This document shows, one piece after another, positions 11,883 to 23,528 of a stretch of 64,000 bases of DNA. This DNA comes from Octopus vulgaris (taxonomy: Eukaryota): contig OX597817.1 in assembly GCA_951406725.2 (NCBI GenBank), positions 110,298,001 to 110,362,000 on the forward strand, read 5' to 3'. A model generated the notes under the pieces. The model did not search any database and had not been told where the DNA came from. It saw only the letters and a program-made list of their open reading frames with translations. Position 1 is the stretch's first letter; each line of letters opens with the position of its first letter. The translations under genes and the position numbers were made by a program.

Positions 11883-11917
<35 letters not shown>

Positions 11918-12542
11918 CAACAACACGCTCCACTAGCTTTCCATGCCCTTGAACATCCCGTAAAGTAAGTTAGCTTAAAATTAGTTACTTAGTTCCCTAG
12001 GTTGTTGCTTTTCATTAAAAAATCGCCCAAGTTGATTTCCTACATGTTTTATCGGATAAACTTATTATTGTCCCAGGTACATTCTCATAAATTCATCGTG
12101 CATTTCCATCTAGATTTACCCCCAGCTAACCCATTTGCATGCATCTTTTTTGTCCTGCTTTTCTTCCGTCAACCTGTACATAACTGCACCTTCCATCTTT
12201 TGTTGTTTTTGTACTGTTTAAAGGCACGTTTCTTTCCTGCCAAGCTTACTGTTTAAACCATGTTTGTGTTCTCCCAGTCAACAGCCTTATCATTACTGGT
12301 ACTTTAAACTCTTCGGTTGCATATTTGTGTGAATAAAATCGTTTTTCTTTGGAATAGAAAAAAAGTCCATCTTTATTTCTTCTTTTGCTGGTATCTTAAA
12401 TTTAGGTTAAATCAGTGTTTCTCAAAGGGACGGTCGGACAAGTTATTTTGAGAAAATTTGGTTTAAATGTTTAACAACTCAGCACCGTCCATTGAACAGG
12501 GGGCGTTTTGCTCGTGCAAATATATATATATATATATATATA

Positions 12543-12833
12543 AATCAAATGAATAACAACAGACGATGAATAAGTGTCAGGCAAAAAACTGTAACCATGA
12601 GATGAAACAATTTCAAAAACAAATGAATATCCCGAGAATGCAGCAGGGACGAGGCTTACCATTTCCATGGTAAGCCTCGACAGACTTCTTTTGTTTTTGA
12701 AATTATGTTTCATCTGATGATTACGGTTTTTTTGCAACGAAGTAATGTTCTCGTTCATCTATTTTTAAAAATGCATAAGAAACAACTGTAATAAGCTGAC
12801 AATTATTCATCGTCTATTATTATTCATTTGATT
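12543..12833. repeat. Foldback (inverted-repeat) element with a central 13-bp hairpin
   Basis: Outer arms aatcaaatgaataacaacagacgatgaataa.tgtcag / ctgaca.ttattcatcgtctattattattcatttgatt. The centre is CGAGGCTTACCAT-ttcc-ATGGTAAGCCTCG (12650-12679). Confidence 0.85.
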
Positions 12834-13088
12834 ATAATACACCATAAGAGATCTACGACACGTCAGACACTCTGGAGTATACCAACAACGTGTAATCAAC
12901 GTTGCTTTGAACCAGCCCTTAGGCGCTAAATACTCATAGGTTGGTTTTCTTTGTGTACAGAACCGGAAAATCATATTTCATATTTATCAATTATAGGTGG
13001 TGACCACAAGTTTATCGAACCCTATCTGGTGCATATCTTTTCAAGCACCCGATTCTATCTGAATCTTTATCTACTACTACTACTACTA

Positions 13089-13130
13089 CTAGCAGGACCC
13101 GTGAAAAATTCACGGAAAATTTTTAAAAGG
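13089..13130 (-). mobile_element. Helitron 3' terminus (hairpin plus CTAG)
   Basis: Minus strand CCGTGAAttt-TTCACGG hairpin followed by GTCCTGCTAG|T. Confidence 0.5.
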
Positions 13131-14136
13131 TAAGCATCTATAAACAGTGTACTGGTGCCATGAGAAATGTTCGTATATAATGACCGTCTGTCTTTACGTT
13201 CTGAGTTCAAATTCTGCTGAGGTCGACTTTGCCTTTCTTCCTTTCGAGGTCGATAAATTAAGTACCAGTTATGTACTGGGTCGTTCTAATCAACTGACCC
13301 CCCACTCCCCACAAAAATTTCAGGCCTAGAAAAGTATATTGTGACAGTTACAGAATATAGAAAGTAATGTAACACCAATGACTATATAATCCAACCAAAA
13401 TATCTCAGTTACACAAACGTAAACGGAATTACTATTTAACCTTAAAATACATCGTACATATTCAAAGAACCTTCTTGCTTAAGTGGATTCGGCCCGTTTT
13501 TCTGGTATATCTTTATCTTTATCTGAATCTTTATTTACTACTGACGGTGGCTTCCACCACGCGACACTTGTTATTGCAAACATGTTTTAACTAACCTAAA
13601 CTTTACACACACACACACACACACACACAAATACATTTATGTGTGTGCGTGTGTGTGTGCGCGCGCTCGCGCGCGCGCGTGTGTGTGTGTAGAGTTTTAG
13701 CTGTAATTTAAAGGGGCCAGCTTTGTCATATTTTGTGTGGGGCTGAATCGCCCTGAGAACTACATTAATGTTATGCATGTCTGTGGAGAACTCCAGCCAT
13801 TTCTGAGTTGATTTTATCCTCTTTTGGTAATGAAAAGTGAAATAGACATCCAATATTTGCTGTGTCTATGTATCTAAGTATGAGCTTTTCTTTGGCTCTA
13901 TCTTTCTCTCACTTTCTCTTTCTCTTTCACTTCTTTTGTGTCCCTCTTCTCTCCCGCTTTTGATTTAACAATGTGTATTTGTATCTATGTATTTACTTCT
14001 CTTGCGATGTGATAAACATTTAAAAACATAAAACGAACGCCGTCACCACTCACTGTCTCTTTCTCTCTTACTTCCTCTCTGTTCTCCTCTCTCTCTCTCT
14101 CTCTCTCTCTCGCTTTGCCATTTCTTTAAAGTGTGA

Positions 14137-14602
14137 CCCTTAAAGGTTGATGCTACTGTAGCTTGTAGCCCCAGGAAGACATCTCTTCCAGCTGGCTATT
14201 GACACACTTTCTGTGCCCTATCAGTATTTGCAAAGGGAAGTCATCCTTCCAATCTCCAGCTTGACGTGATACACACAGAACCGAGTTTCTGAGTATTGAC
14301 CCGTCATCAGTGTGTGACAACCACCAGTTGGCGATGGGAAGTAGTTCTCAATGCAAATATATATATCCTTTTAATACTCGGAAACTCGGGTCCGTGTGTA
14401 TCATGTCAGGCTGGAGATGACTTCCCTTAGCAAATACTGATAGGGCACAGAAAGTGTGTCAATAGCCAGCTGGAGGAAATGTCTTCCTGGGGCTACAAGC
14501 TACAGAAGCATCAACCCTTAAGGGTTAGCCACATTTAGGTGGCAAGTATACTTCACGATGTCGTGCAGCTATTGTTTATACCTCGATCAGAGATTTATTA
14601 TT
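14137..14602. mobile_element. Non-coding foldback element (head-to-head arms of about 155 bp) with a hammerhead motif
   Basis: 14137-14297 is the reverse complement of 14373-14526. The tail gcag.ta.tgtttata.ctcg.tcagagatttattatt is shared with the element at 41404-41442. Confidence 0.85.
14272..14316 (-). ncRNA. Type-I hammerhead ribozyme motif
   Basis: Minus strand CACACA-CUGAUGA-C GGGU caau ACUC A-GAAA-CUCGGU-UC-UGUGUG: canonical core and 6-bp stem I. The right arm variant (ACUCG GAAA CUCGGG UC) restores the closing pairs of stems II and III. Confidence 0.75.
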
Positions 14603-14997
14603 TCCACTTTTTCAAGATCAGTGACTTTTCGTCAAAACCAAGAAAGATGAGACTTTAAACAATTACATTTTTTTTTATTACATCTCATTTCACACATTAG
14701 GTTCTTTTTCATATTTCAATCGGGAAAGCTAGTGCATTAAACGGTTAAAATAAGGAGGTTTCGTAAAAGTTAAACATTCAAAAAATAGGAAAGATTCCTC
14801 CCGTCCCCACCCACCTTTTTCTCGCAAATTATTGCTTTAAAAATTATTTTTTCTCCAAAAGTCAACCTTTTCGGATACAGTGATTCCGGAAAAATTTGTG
14901 TACGTGTGTGTGTGTATACACAGATGTATATAGATATATACATACACGCTATATAAATGGGAGTGTATGTGGTTATGTATGTGTGTTTAGCTCCGAC

Positions 14998-15133
14998 AAC
15001 AACAACGAAGAATACCTTAGGAATGAGAACCCAGGTTCGAAATTTTCCCAAGACACCTGATGAAGGGTATATCAGCCGAAACGTGTTAACAACAAATAAG
15101 ATGAGTACAAATATCCGTCGAATGTAAATAATG
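14998..15133 (+). mobile_element. Headless copy of the hammerhead-bearing SINE-like family seen at 60.7-61.2 kb
   Basis: aataccttaggaatgagaacccaggttcgaaattt.cccaagacacCTGATGAagggtatatcagccGAAAcgtgttaac matches 61011-61145. It has a small deletion in stem II. Confidence 0.85.
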
Positions 15134-15332
15134 TTTTTACTATTTCTTTCTTTACCGATAATTTTAGATAACATTTTGCAGAAATACGTTTTCCAGAGAC
15201 AGTGGATTACATTAGATTGAAAATTCAAAGAAGTTTGAAATGAATAAGTGAAAATGTAGAGGTTATAGAAGTTAGTGGTAACGAAGTGTGTGGTGAGATA
15301 ACGAACGATAAATTCATCTAAGAAAAAGCACG

Positions 15333-15752
15333 GGATCTTTTCGGTTTGAACGGCAGTTTTTTCTAGCAGTGTCATGAAATTGTCACCCATAATTATGACC
15401 CTAGTATCGATCTATTGCATTTCAATCTGTTTTAGGGTTAGGGTTAGTGTTAGGGGTGGGGGAAGGGTATCTTTTTTTCGTCACAAATGTAAATAAACCC
15501 AATCTGTTTCTTAAACGAGGGACATATTCATACGGCACAGAATATTTTCACCTCAATAGACGGTCATTGATTGGTTGAAATTGCCGAAATGCAAGAAATT
15601 AAAGACCAAATATCTTACAAACTATATAATTTTCTCAATAAAGCCAAGAGAAAAAGATATTTTATAAGTATATTCTACCAGTATACGAAGTTTAGAATAT
15701 TTTAGTTACCTAGAAATTATGTTAAAAACTGCCGTTCAAACCGAAAAGATCC
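15333..15752. mobile_element. MITE with 29-bp TIRs and an 8-bp TSD (Merlin-like)
   Basis: TIR GGATCTTTTCGGTTTGAACGGCAGTTTTT at both ends. The TSD AAAGCACG lies at 15325-15332 and 15753-15760. Internal TTAGGG units occur at about 15432-15455. Confidence 0.9.
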
Positions 15753-16042
15753 AAAGCACGTTAAAGTTTTTGCATGTATGTGTGAAACGAAGTAAAAGTA
15801 TAATATTAAAGTAAAATATCTTTTTCCTACCTCTTAAAATCACTGGATATAATATATATATAATAATCCCAGATTGCAGAAAAGATTTGAAAAACTAAAG
15901 CATTTTTCCTTTGCAAGTTTTGGCGCCGAAATGAGCTTCATTTTTGTGTGGAGAGAGAGAGGGGGGGGAGTGTGAGTAGGTGACGAAGTTTACCTATACT
16001 TTGAATGGTGTAACAATAAATCATAATTATATATATATATAT

Positions 16043-18316
16043 ATTGAGAAAGAGATCCTCAAACAAAACTGGCCTAAATGTCTCTACTCGCCAGACATCG
16101 ACGTGAAACTTCAACAATTCATGTCTGTAACGCAAGCCATATGCTACAAATGTGTCCCAGACAGAAAGGCCACTGTACACAAGAACAAAATCCCTAGAGA
16201 GAGGAAAATCTTAATGAGACGGCGTACAAAAATTTCAAATCGCCTAAACAAACAGATTGAAAGCAGTGAAAAGTCCCGCCTGAAAATAAAACTGTTGGAA
16301 ATTGAAAAATGTCTGCAACTCTCCCATGAAAAGGAAAGAGCAGACAAAGAAGCCTGGGCTATAGACAACATAAAATCTAACCCCAGAGCTTTCTACAGAT
16401 ATGCCAAAGAAACAGCTACGGTGCACTGTAGGATAGGGCCACTCCTTGAAAAGGATAGCACACTCACAGGAAAACCAATGAGGGTAAGTGAAATACTGAA
16501 TGAGCAATTCAAGAGTGTTTTCACTCCACCCCTCGGGCATTTCCAAATTACCAATCCAACTGACTTCTTTACCACTGCAGATATAAAATCAGAGGCGGCG
16601 ACGATAAATTACATCGATATAAAGGAAGACGATGTAATAAAGGTCATAGATGAAATGAAAACAGAATCAGCTATTGGCCCCGATGGATTCCCGGCAATCC
16701 TCCTAAAAGTATGTAAGAGAGTCCTAGCAAGACCACTGCAGATCCTCTTTCAGAGCTTCCTTGCAGCTGGCAAACTTCCAAAAAAACTGAAGGAAGGTAA
16801 AATATGCCCTATTCATAAAGGTGGTAGCAGAGCAGAGGCCAAGAACTACAGACCTGTTTCTCTCACCTCACACATCAGCAAGGTCATGGAACGAATAGTC
16901 AGAAGGAAACTAATCACCTTCCTTGAAGAAAATGACTTGCTGCCTGACACCCAATATGGTTTCCGACCAGGAAGAAGCTGTTTAACTCAGCTCCTACAAC
17001 ACTATGACTGGGTGCTGAAACAACTGCTCAACCACTCAAATGTGGAAGTCATATATCTCGACTTTGCAAAGGCCTTTGATAAAGTCGATCATGGAATGAT
17101 ATGTCACAAACTGCGTGATCTTGGCATAGTTGGAAAATTGGGAGAATGGCTTCATGACTTTCTGAAGAATAAAAGTCAGGTGGTAGCAGCCAATGGGGCC
17201 ACTTCCATTAACACACAAATAGTGAGCGGTGTTCCGCAGGGCACTGTTTTGGGACCACTACTGTTCATAATCGCCCTCTCAGACATGCCCTCAGCCACGC
17301 AGAGAGCCACGATCACAAGTTATGCAGATGATACAAAAGTTTCACAGGCAATACAGAACCCTGAAGACACTAAGCACCTGCAATGTGAGCTGGACGAAAT
17401 ATACAAGTGGGCTGAAAAGAATAGCATGCAGTTCAATGCTGAAAAGTTTCAAGCTTTATACTATCAGCATGCAAAACTGAATGCAACACCCAATGAATAC
17501 ACTGGACCCGGAGGGATTGCAATCCCAGAGGCACAATCAGTGCGTGACCTGGGTATTCACATGAGTGATGACGTGACCTTTCATGTACATGTTGCTAAAC
17601 TGGCAATAAAATGTAGACGGCTGGCTGGATGGATTCTCAGAACCTTTAGAACAAGAGAACAAGAAACCATGATGGTCCTCTGGAGGACACTTGTCCTAAG
17701 CCACTTTGACTATTGCTCTCAGTTATGGTCACCATCCAGTGTCAAGTTGATCACAGAGCTCGAGGCGATCCAGCGTAGCTACACGAAGAAGATAGCCTCT
17801 ATGCAGAATGTAAGCTACTGGGAAAGACTCAAGAGATTAAAACTATATTCCTTGGAGCGTAGGCGGGAAAGATATGCCATAATATACATCTGGAAGATCC
17901 TGGAGGGACGTGTCCCAAACTTTGGCATCGAGAGTTACACAAATGCCAGAACTGGGCGCCACTGCGTGGTGCCTAGGACTCCAAATTTGCCATCAAGATG
18001 TAGGACAAGATACTGTGATAGCCTGGGCTTCCGTGGCCCACAGCTCTTCAATATCCTCCCGAAGAACCTGAGAGACCTGCATGGGGTGGATGCAGATGTC
18101 TTTAAAATGGAACTGGATCTCTTCCTGTCAGGTGTCCCAGATGAACCAACTTCACGGCAGGAGGTGCAGATGAGGGCAGCTGCATCGAACTCTCTCATGC
18201 ACCAAATGGCAGTTGCTAAAAAGCTTTCGTGAAGTAAAACCAAGTAGCAACACCAAATGGCGGTGCCCCAGCATGGCCACAGCTCATGAGCTGAAACTAG
18301 AATCAATCAATCAATC
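16043..18316 (+). mobile_element. 5'-truncated LINE (CR1/L2/Jockey group) with an uninterrupted RT ORF ending at 18232 and an (AATC)n tail
   Basis: Motifs GPDG, PIHKGG...NYRPVSLTS, QYGFRPGRSC, YLDFAKAFDKVDH, SGVPQGTVLGP, YADD, DYCSQLWSP and LYSLERRR. It begins directly after an (AT)n run, so the first about 20 codons of the ORF track entry are flank. Confidence 0.95.
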
Positions 18317-18334
18317 ATATATCATTATATATCA

Positions 18335-18600
18335 TCATCATCATCGTTTAACGTCTGCTTTCCATGCTGGCATGGGTTGGACGGTTTGACTGAGGACTGG
18401 GAAGCCAGGAGGCAGCAGTCAGGCTCCAGTCTGTTCTGGCAAGGTTTCTACAGCTGGATGCCCTTCCTGACACCAACCACTCTGAGAGTGTAGTGGGTGC
18501 TTTTCAAGTGTCACCGGCACGGGGACCAGTCAGATGGCACTGGCATCGATCATGCTTGAATGGTGCTTTTTACGTGCCTCCGGCACTGGCATTGGCCATA
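18335..18600 (-). mobile_element. Abundant SINE-like repeat with an (ATG)n tail. Other copies: about 26765-26943(+), 31820-32006(+), 32505-32915(+), 47070-47480(+), 48972-49350(+), 54655-55116(+), 62470-62770(-)
   Basis: Shared block ggagtggttggcgttaggaagggcatccagctgtagaaac...ccaacccatgctagcatgga...ggacgttaaacgatgatgatg. Confidence 0.85.
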
Positions 18601-18604
18601 CCAA

Positions 18605-18964
18605 GTCAGGGTACTTGATTCCATGCAAAAAATCCGAGTTTTTTTTTCTTGGTGAAAATCGTGCAGGTGAAAAGATCAATGGGGGTGGGGGGTGAAATTT
18701 TCGAGGCTTCCACTTCACCCTACCCCGTTTCCCGGACCCCAAAAGGGTTTTGTAGCATATTAGGAGGTCACCTCAATTCATTCAGCAAAAAAAAAATAAA
18801 TTCCAATGATTCTGGGATATCGGGGTCCGGTCCCCCCCATCCCTTTTCCAATCAAAAATAAGGGGTTTGCAATATAATAGGAGGTCAGGGTACTTGATTC
18901 CACGCAAAAAATCGGAGTTTTTTTTTTCTTCTCTTAGTGAAAATCGTGCGGGTGAAAGGATCAA
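18605..18964. repeat. Direct repeat of about 75 bp with a 280-bp period
   Basis: gtcagggtacttgattcca.gcaaaaaatc.gagttttttttt...gtgaaaatcgtgc.ggtgaaa.gatcaa at 18605 and 18885. Confidence 0.85.
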
Positions 18965-21655
18965 AATATACTGCATTTAAAGCGTATGTGTATTAATATA
19001 TTTTGTCTTGTATAAAGTATATTTCGATCACCAGTTTGTTATTAAAAACAAAAATGTTTTATTCAAAAATACTTCAGACACAGAATCTCTAATGTTCAAA
19101 GTGCTTTTAGAGGCATGATAAAGAGATTAAAGAATGTACTGGAAAAATATTACATTGAAAAACACATTGTTGATTCGAACACATATGATTGCTTAACTTA
19201 TCCCTTTTCCGTTGACATATATTTAATATTAATATTGATATATTTAATATTAATAACTTATATAGATACACAACTACAGGCGTATAGAGATGGGAAATGC
19301 TATTTTTTTTATTTCCGTTCATCAGATGAACTACGATAGCACAAACTTTGGAGGTTTCAGCAATGAATTAACTATCGGATATATAAAAACAAAGAAAAGG
19401 TGGAAAGCAGCAGGACATTAATAAATGGTGTCTCACTGTTTAAGAATTTACAAAACGCTTGCAGTGAATTTTGATTTCTTTTTTTTTTTTTTTTTGATAA
19501 AATGAAATTGGATTTTTTAGGAATTTTCTAGACAATGGAATCATTAATAAATGCTTTCTTTTAGTAAAAATTAGTAACTTCCAACAAATTAATAAGCAGC
19601 TTTCTCGTCACTCCTGCTTATACAGTACCTTCCAAGTGTCGGTATTTCATTGTTGTAGTCACATGTGATAATTCTACGTTTGCAACCAAAGATTCGCCGT
19701 CTGTAAATGAGTTGAAGAAGTTCGAATCTTCACTTGCTCTAAGTTTTGATTATATTGTGAGAAGGGTGCACTGGATGCCCACTCTCCTAAATCACTTTCT
19801 AAATCAGTGGGCCAAATCACTCGAGGTATACCAGAGACGCAGTGGGGTGAGGAAGGTGAATCCACATGACTCTCCGTGCTCTGAGGTACATGTCTCATAA
19901 CGATATTGTTGGATATCAGCTTTCTGTTTGTTAAAATTGACAGCTGGGTTCCTCTGCACAGTCCGTCAGAAATTCATTCTTCGTGTTTAGAGCGACAAGA
20001 TCTTACAGAAATTCAACGTAAGTTTAAAAACTTGTCAGCTCTCTCTACTACTCGGTTTAGCTGGCCTGTCAATACTGTTGCTCAGGTGGCACACTGTCAC
20101 ATGCAGATAATTTGTGGAGCAACAGATGAGAAGTGGGTGTCATATGGGAGCCAATGACTAAGGAGCTGCACTGAAATGGAATTGTTAAGACCCCTGCCAA
20201 ATGTACTGCCCCTCCTTGACATCCCAGTCAAACGTTTGGTGGTTCATGTGCCTTTAGTAATTCCTACGTGGTTTTGAAGTTATGAAGTTCGCTTCACAAT
20301 CATTTATTTCCATGTTCGATTTCACTGCGCAGCACCTTGGGCAAATAGCTTCTTTCTCAACCTCACCCCTACCCATGAAAATTAAACTGGGTAGATAGAA
20401 ACTGGCTGAAAGCCATTAGACTGCATTTATTCTTGGGTGGTAGCCCTAGTTCGTCTTTCAGTTTGACATCAGCATCTGACCCTTGGCTGCTTTCGGCAAA
20501 ATCCCCTGTTACTGGTGTTCAGATTGGATCTCCCTTTCTAAGGATACTTCAATATCTTAAATAGTTGCTTCCTACTGCATCAACCTATGTCTTTTTCCCT
20601 CCCTTTACGCCAATAACTTCAGGTCTTGCAAAGATAATGTATTCTTTTCTCACGGTCTTATCCAAACAAAAATGTAGTATACCATTATGGTATATGCAAT
20701 AACACAAAGTATAGCGAAATGATAGTATCTAAGAGGAATAAATATTTTAAATCAAAATCATTTTGATTAACTTAATTAATCTTAATATAATTGTAGCACT
20801 AAAAATATTAAATATAGTAATCTTTCATTCTCCACCCAACATTTTCACTCAGTGTTGGAGAGAGAGTCGCACATTAAATCCACACCCAACATTAAAACAA
20901 AACAGTAAATCGGAAATTTTAAATGATGTTTTTTTATTCTTGTTCACCATAGAAATAACGAGTTACTATCGGGTGGCAGATATCAGCATACACCAGTAAA
21001 TAACTTGTTTGCAGAAGTTAGATTCATTAGTCCGGTGTGCCTTTGACCAACAAGACACAATGTCGAAACAGAGAATGTCCCAGAGACCCCTTAAGTCAAT
21101 GAATCGAATATGTTATGTACACACATTCGCTTAAAAGAAGTTATTCTCTGATGGTGAAACAACAACGATTTGCATCTGAATCTGAATCTATTATGAAAAT
21201 ACAAGACATCGTTTTGCTTCTTCCTGTTCACCGCGTATTAAACAATTTATTTTGAAATTACTTTACACTAAAAGAACTAAAACTAAGAAAAATAACTCAA
21301 ATTAAAAACATTTTAAAAATAAACTGCAATGAAATATTCTTCATTTATGAGGCATAACTATACTGATTGACTTACGTACAGATATTTTGTTGGGAAGGAT
21401 GTCGATTTCCTCAGATACCATATTCTATAACTGGTTTCACTCACTGAAAAGCGACCATGTTGGAGCACTTCTTTCAGGGAGTTTTAATCAATTACGTCTG
21501 CCTCAGTGTTTTTGCCTGATGTTTATTTTATCTACCTCGTAAAGTAGAATGGCAAGGTTGTCCTGAGCATCAGGGGACATGATATATATTTATATATATA
21601 TGACACACATATATACATATACACGCGCGTGCACACACACACACACACATTTACA

Positions 21656-23409
21656 CTAGCTGAGTATCCCGTCGTTGCCGAGTAATTTTTACAATATTGT
21701 TTTGTGGGTGTGCTATTCCAAAAGCCCTTGGGTGATTTTCGAAATAGCATACCCAGGTAAGTTGGATTTTCTCCGTTTTGATGGGGATTTTCAAACTTTT
21801 TTTCACGACACCTTTGTAAATGATGGGGAAACGCTTTTTGTTATAAAAATGTCTGAAAAATTTTGAAACCACTCTCTCCCAATTTAGGACCAATTTTGTC
21901 ATTTTTTTTTTCTTTTGCAACTATGCACTTAAAAACAAAGAAAAAATTTTTGAAAATTTATGAATTTGTTCAAACCCCACTCCCCCTTCTCAGTACCAAT
22001 TTTGGCCAATGTTTTTCTTTTCTTTTTTGCACTACACACTTAAAACGAAGGGAGAAACCTTGAAGGTTAAAAACAAATTGGAAATCGGCAATCACCATTA
22101 CAAAACTTACATCCTTTATTTTCAAACAGAAAATGAAACGAAATTTAAAAACAATAGGGAAATGTTTTTAAAAAAATTTTCATTAAAAATAAATCGTAAA
22201 ATTTCATTTTTTTTTTCCGAAATTACTTTTTAACCATAATTTTAAAATTTGGGCGGGCCGAATCTGGAATTTGTTTCTGTTTATAATTTTAAAACAATTT
22301 TCAAATGGAAAGGTGATTTAAGGGAGATTCAGATGGTGTTTCTGGCGCATCCCACGACCACCTGCAACCTTCCTCGTTTGTTTGTCATTCTGACATGTAT
22401 TGATGGTTTTCAGTATTTTTCTTCCCATTTTATGGAATGATGATACTGTGCAAGTGCTGGGATTTAAGCAACAACAAAAAAAGTCTATTTAAATTTTTAA
22501 CCCCATCCCACATCAAGCGAGTCCATGTGTGTATGTGTGTGTACGAAAAAACATATCTACCAACAGAAATGTATGCTATCAAAATAAATTATCTTTTACA
22601 TACCTTTTTTAAATCCTATGCATAGACACACACTGACAAACACATATACACGCACAGTGAGCAATATACATTTTATACAGTGAAAGCAACAACGGCAACA
22701 AAAGTTGTTATTTAAATCTTTAACCTTACCGTGCATCAGCAGAATCCATGTATGTGTGTGTGTGTGTGTGTATGTGTAAGAAAAATTATTTACTAATAGA
22801 AAATTATGCTATTAAAATATGTTGCTATTTACATACCTTTTTTAAAATCAATTTATCACCCTAATGAAATTCTTTTACATTTGCGTACACACATACTGAC
22901 AAGCACACACACTTACTCAGTGTGAGCAGTATACTTATATAGAGAGTGAGAAAGTTTACCAGGAGAAAATAAAAGAGATAGACAAATAGAAAGAGAGTGG
23001 GGTGATCTTATGTGTTTCTGTCACAGATTTTGAAATTTTAAAATCAAGTGAAAATTTTCAAGTTTGGTATATTGATGTACTTTTTTGCACTGAATCCAAG
23101 TCTGTTGTTCATTTATTCAAGAAAACTTTTTAAAAATGTGACAGTGGTATAAAGTTTGATCATTTTTACCTCATCAGAAAACAGGATTTTTGCATAACAG
23201 CAATAATAAGACAGAAAATAGGAGGGCTGTCGATCTAAAAGTTGAGCTATTTATCAGAGTAAATTATATTTTTTCTATTATTTATGGTTGACATTGTTTT
23301 TGAGATGCAGATTTCAAAATTCAAATTCATTTTTCTGGAGGATGCACTGTTTTAGAACCTTTTGGGCCTAAACACACATACATAACCCCACTCACATTCA
23401 TATAAAAGA
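21656..23409 (-). mobile_element. Non-autonomous Helitron
   Basis: Minus strand A|TCTTTTATA start and CTCGGCAACGACGGG hairpin plus CTAG|T end, inserted in an A|T site with no TSD. Internal direct repeats lie at about 22480-22690 and 22700-22940. Confidence 0.75.
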
Positions 23410-23528
23410 TATATACATGCATATGTATGTATATATAACATACACACATACATATATATATATGTGTGTGTGTGTGTGTATATATACACACACACACATA
23501 TATGTGAGTATGTATATATATGCATTAT

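Larger units (their letters stand above)
9778..11886 (+). mobile_element. Penelope-like retroelement, probably Naiad clade, 5'-truncated, with 3' pseudo-LTR
   Basis: RT plus GIY-YIG ORF, an A-rich 3' pLTR ending in (TA)n, an inverted pLTR copy upstream and a hammerhead motif in the pLTR. Confidence 0.9.

Noticed and set aside
14770-15390. 206-aa minus-strand ORF
   Set aside because: It spans a MITE end, a repeat copy and a microsatellite, with no recognisable domain.
21376-21428. Candidate exon 3 of the secreted-protein gene (IWYLRKSTSFPTKYLY)
   Set aside because: The acceptor is weak and there is no supporting protein feature.
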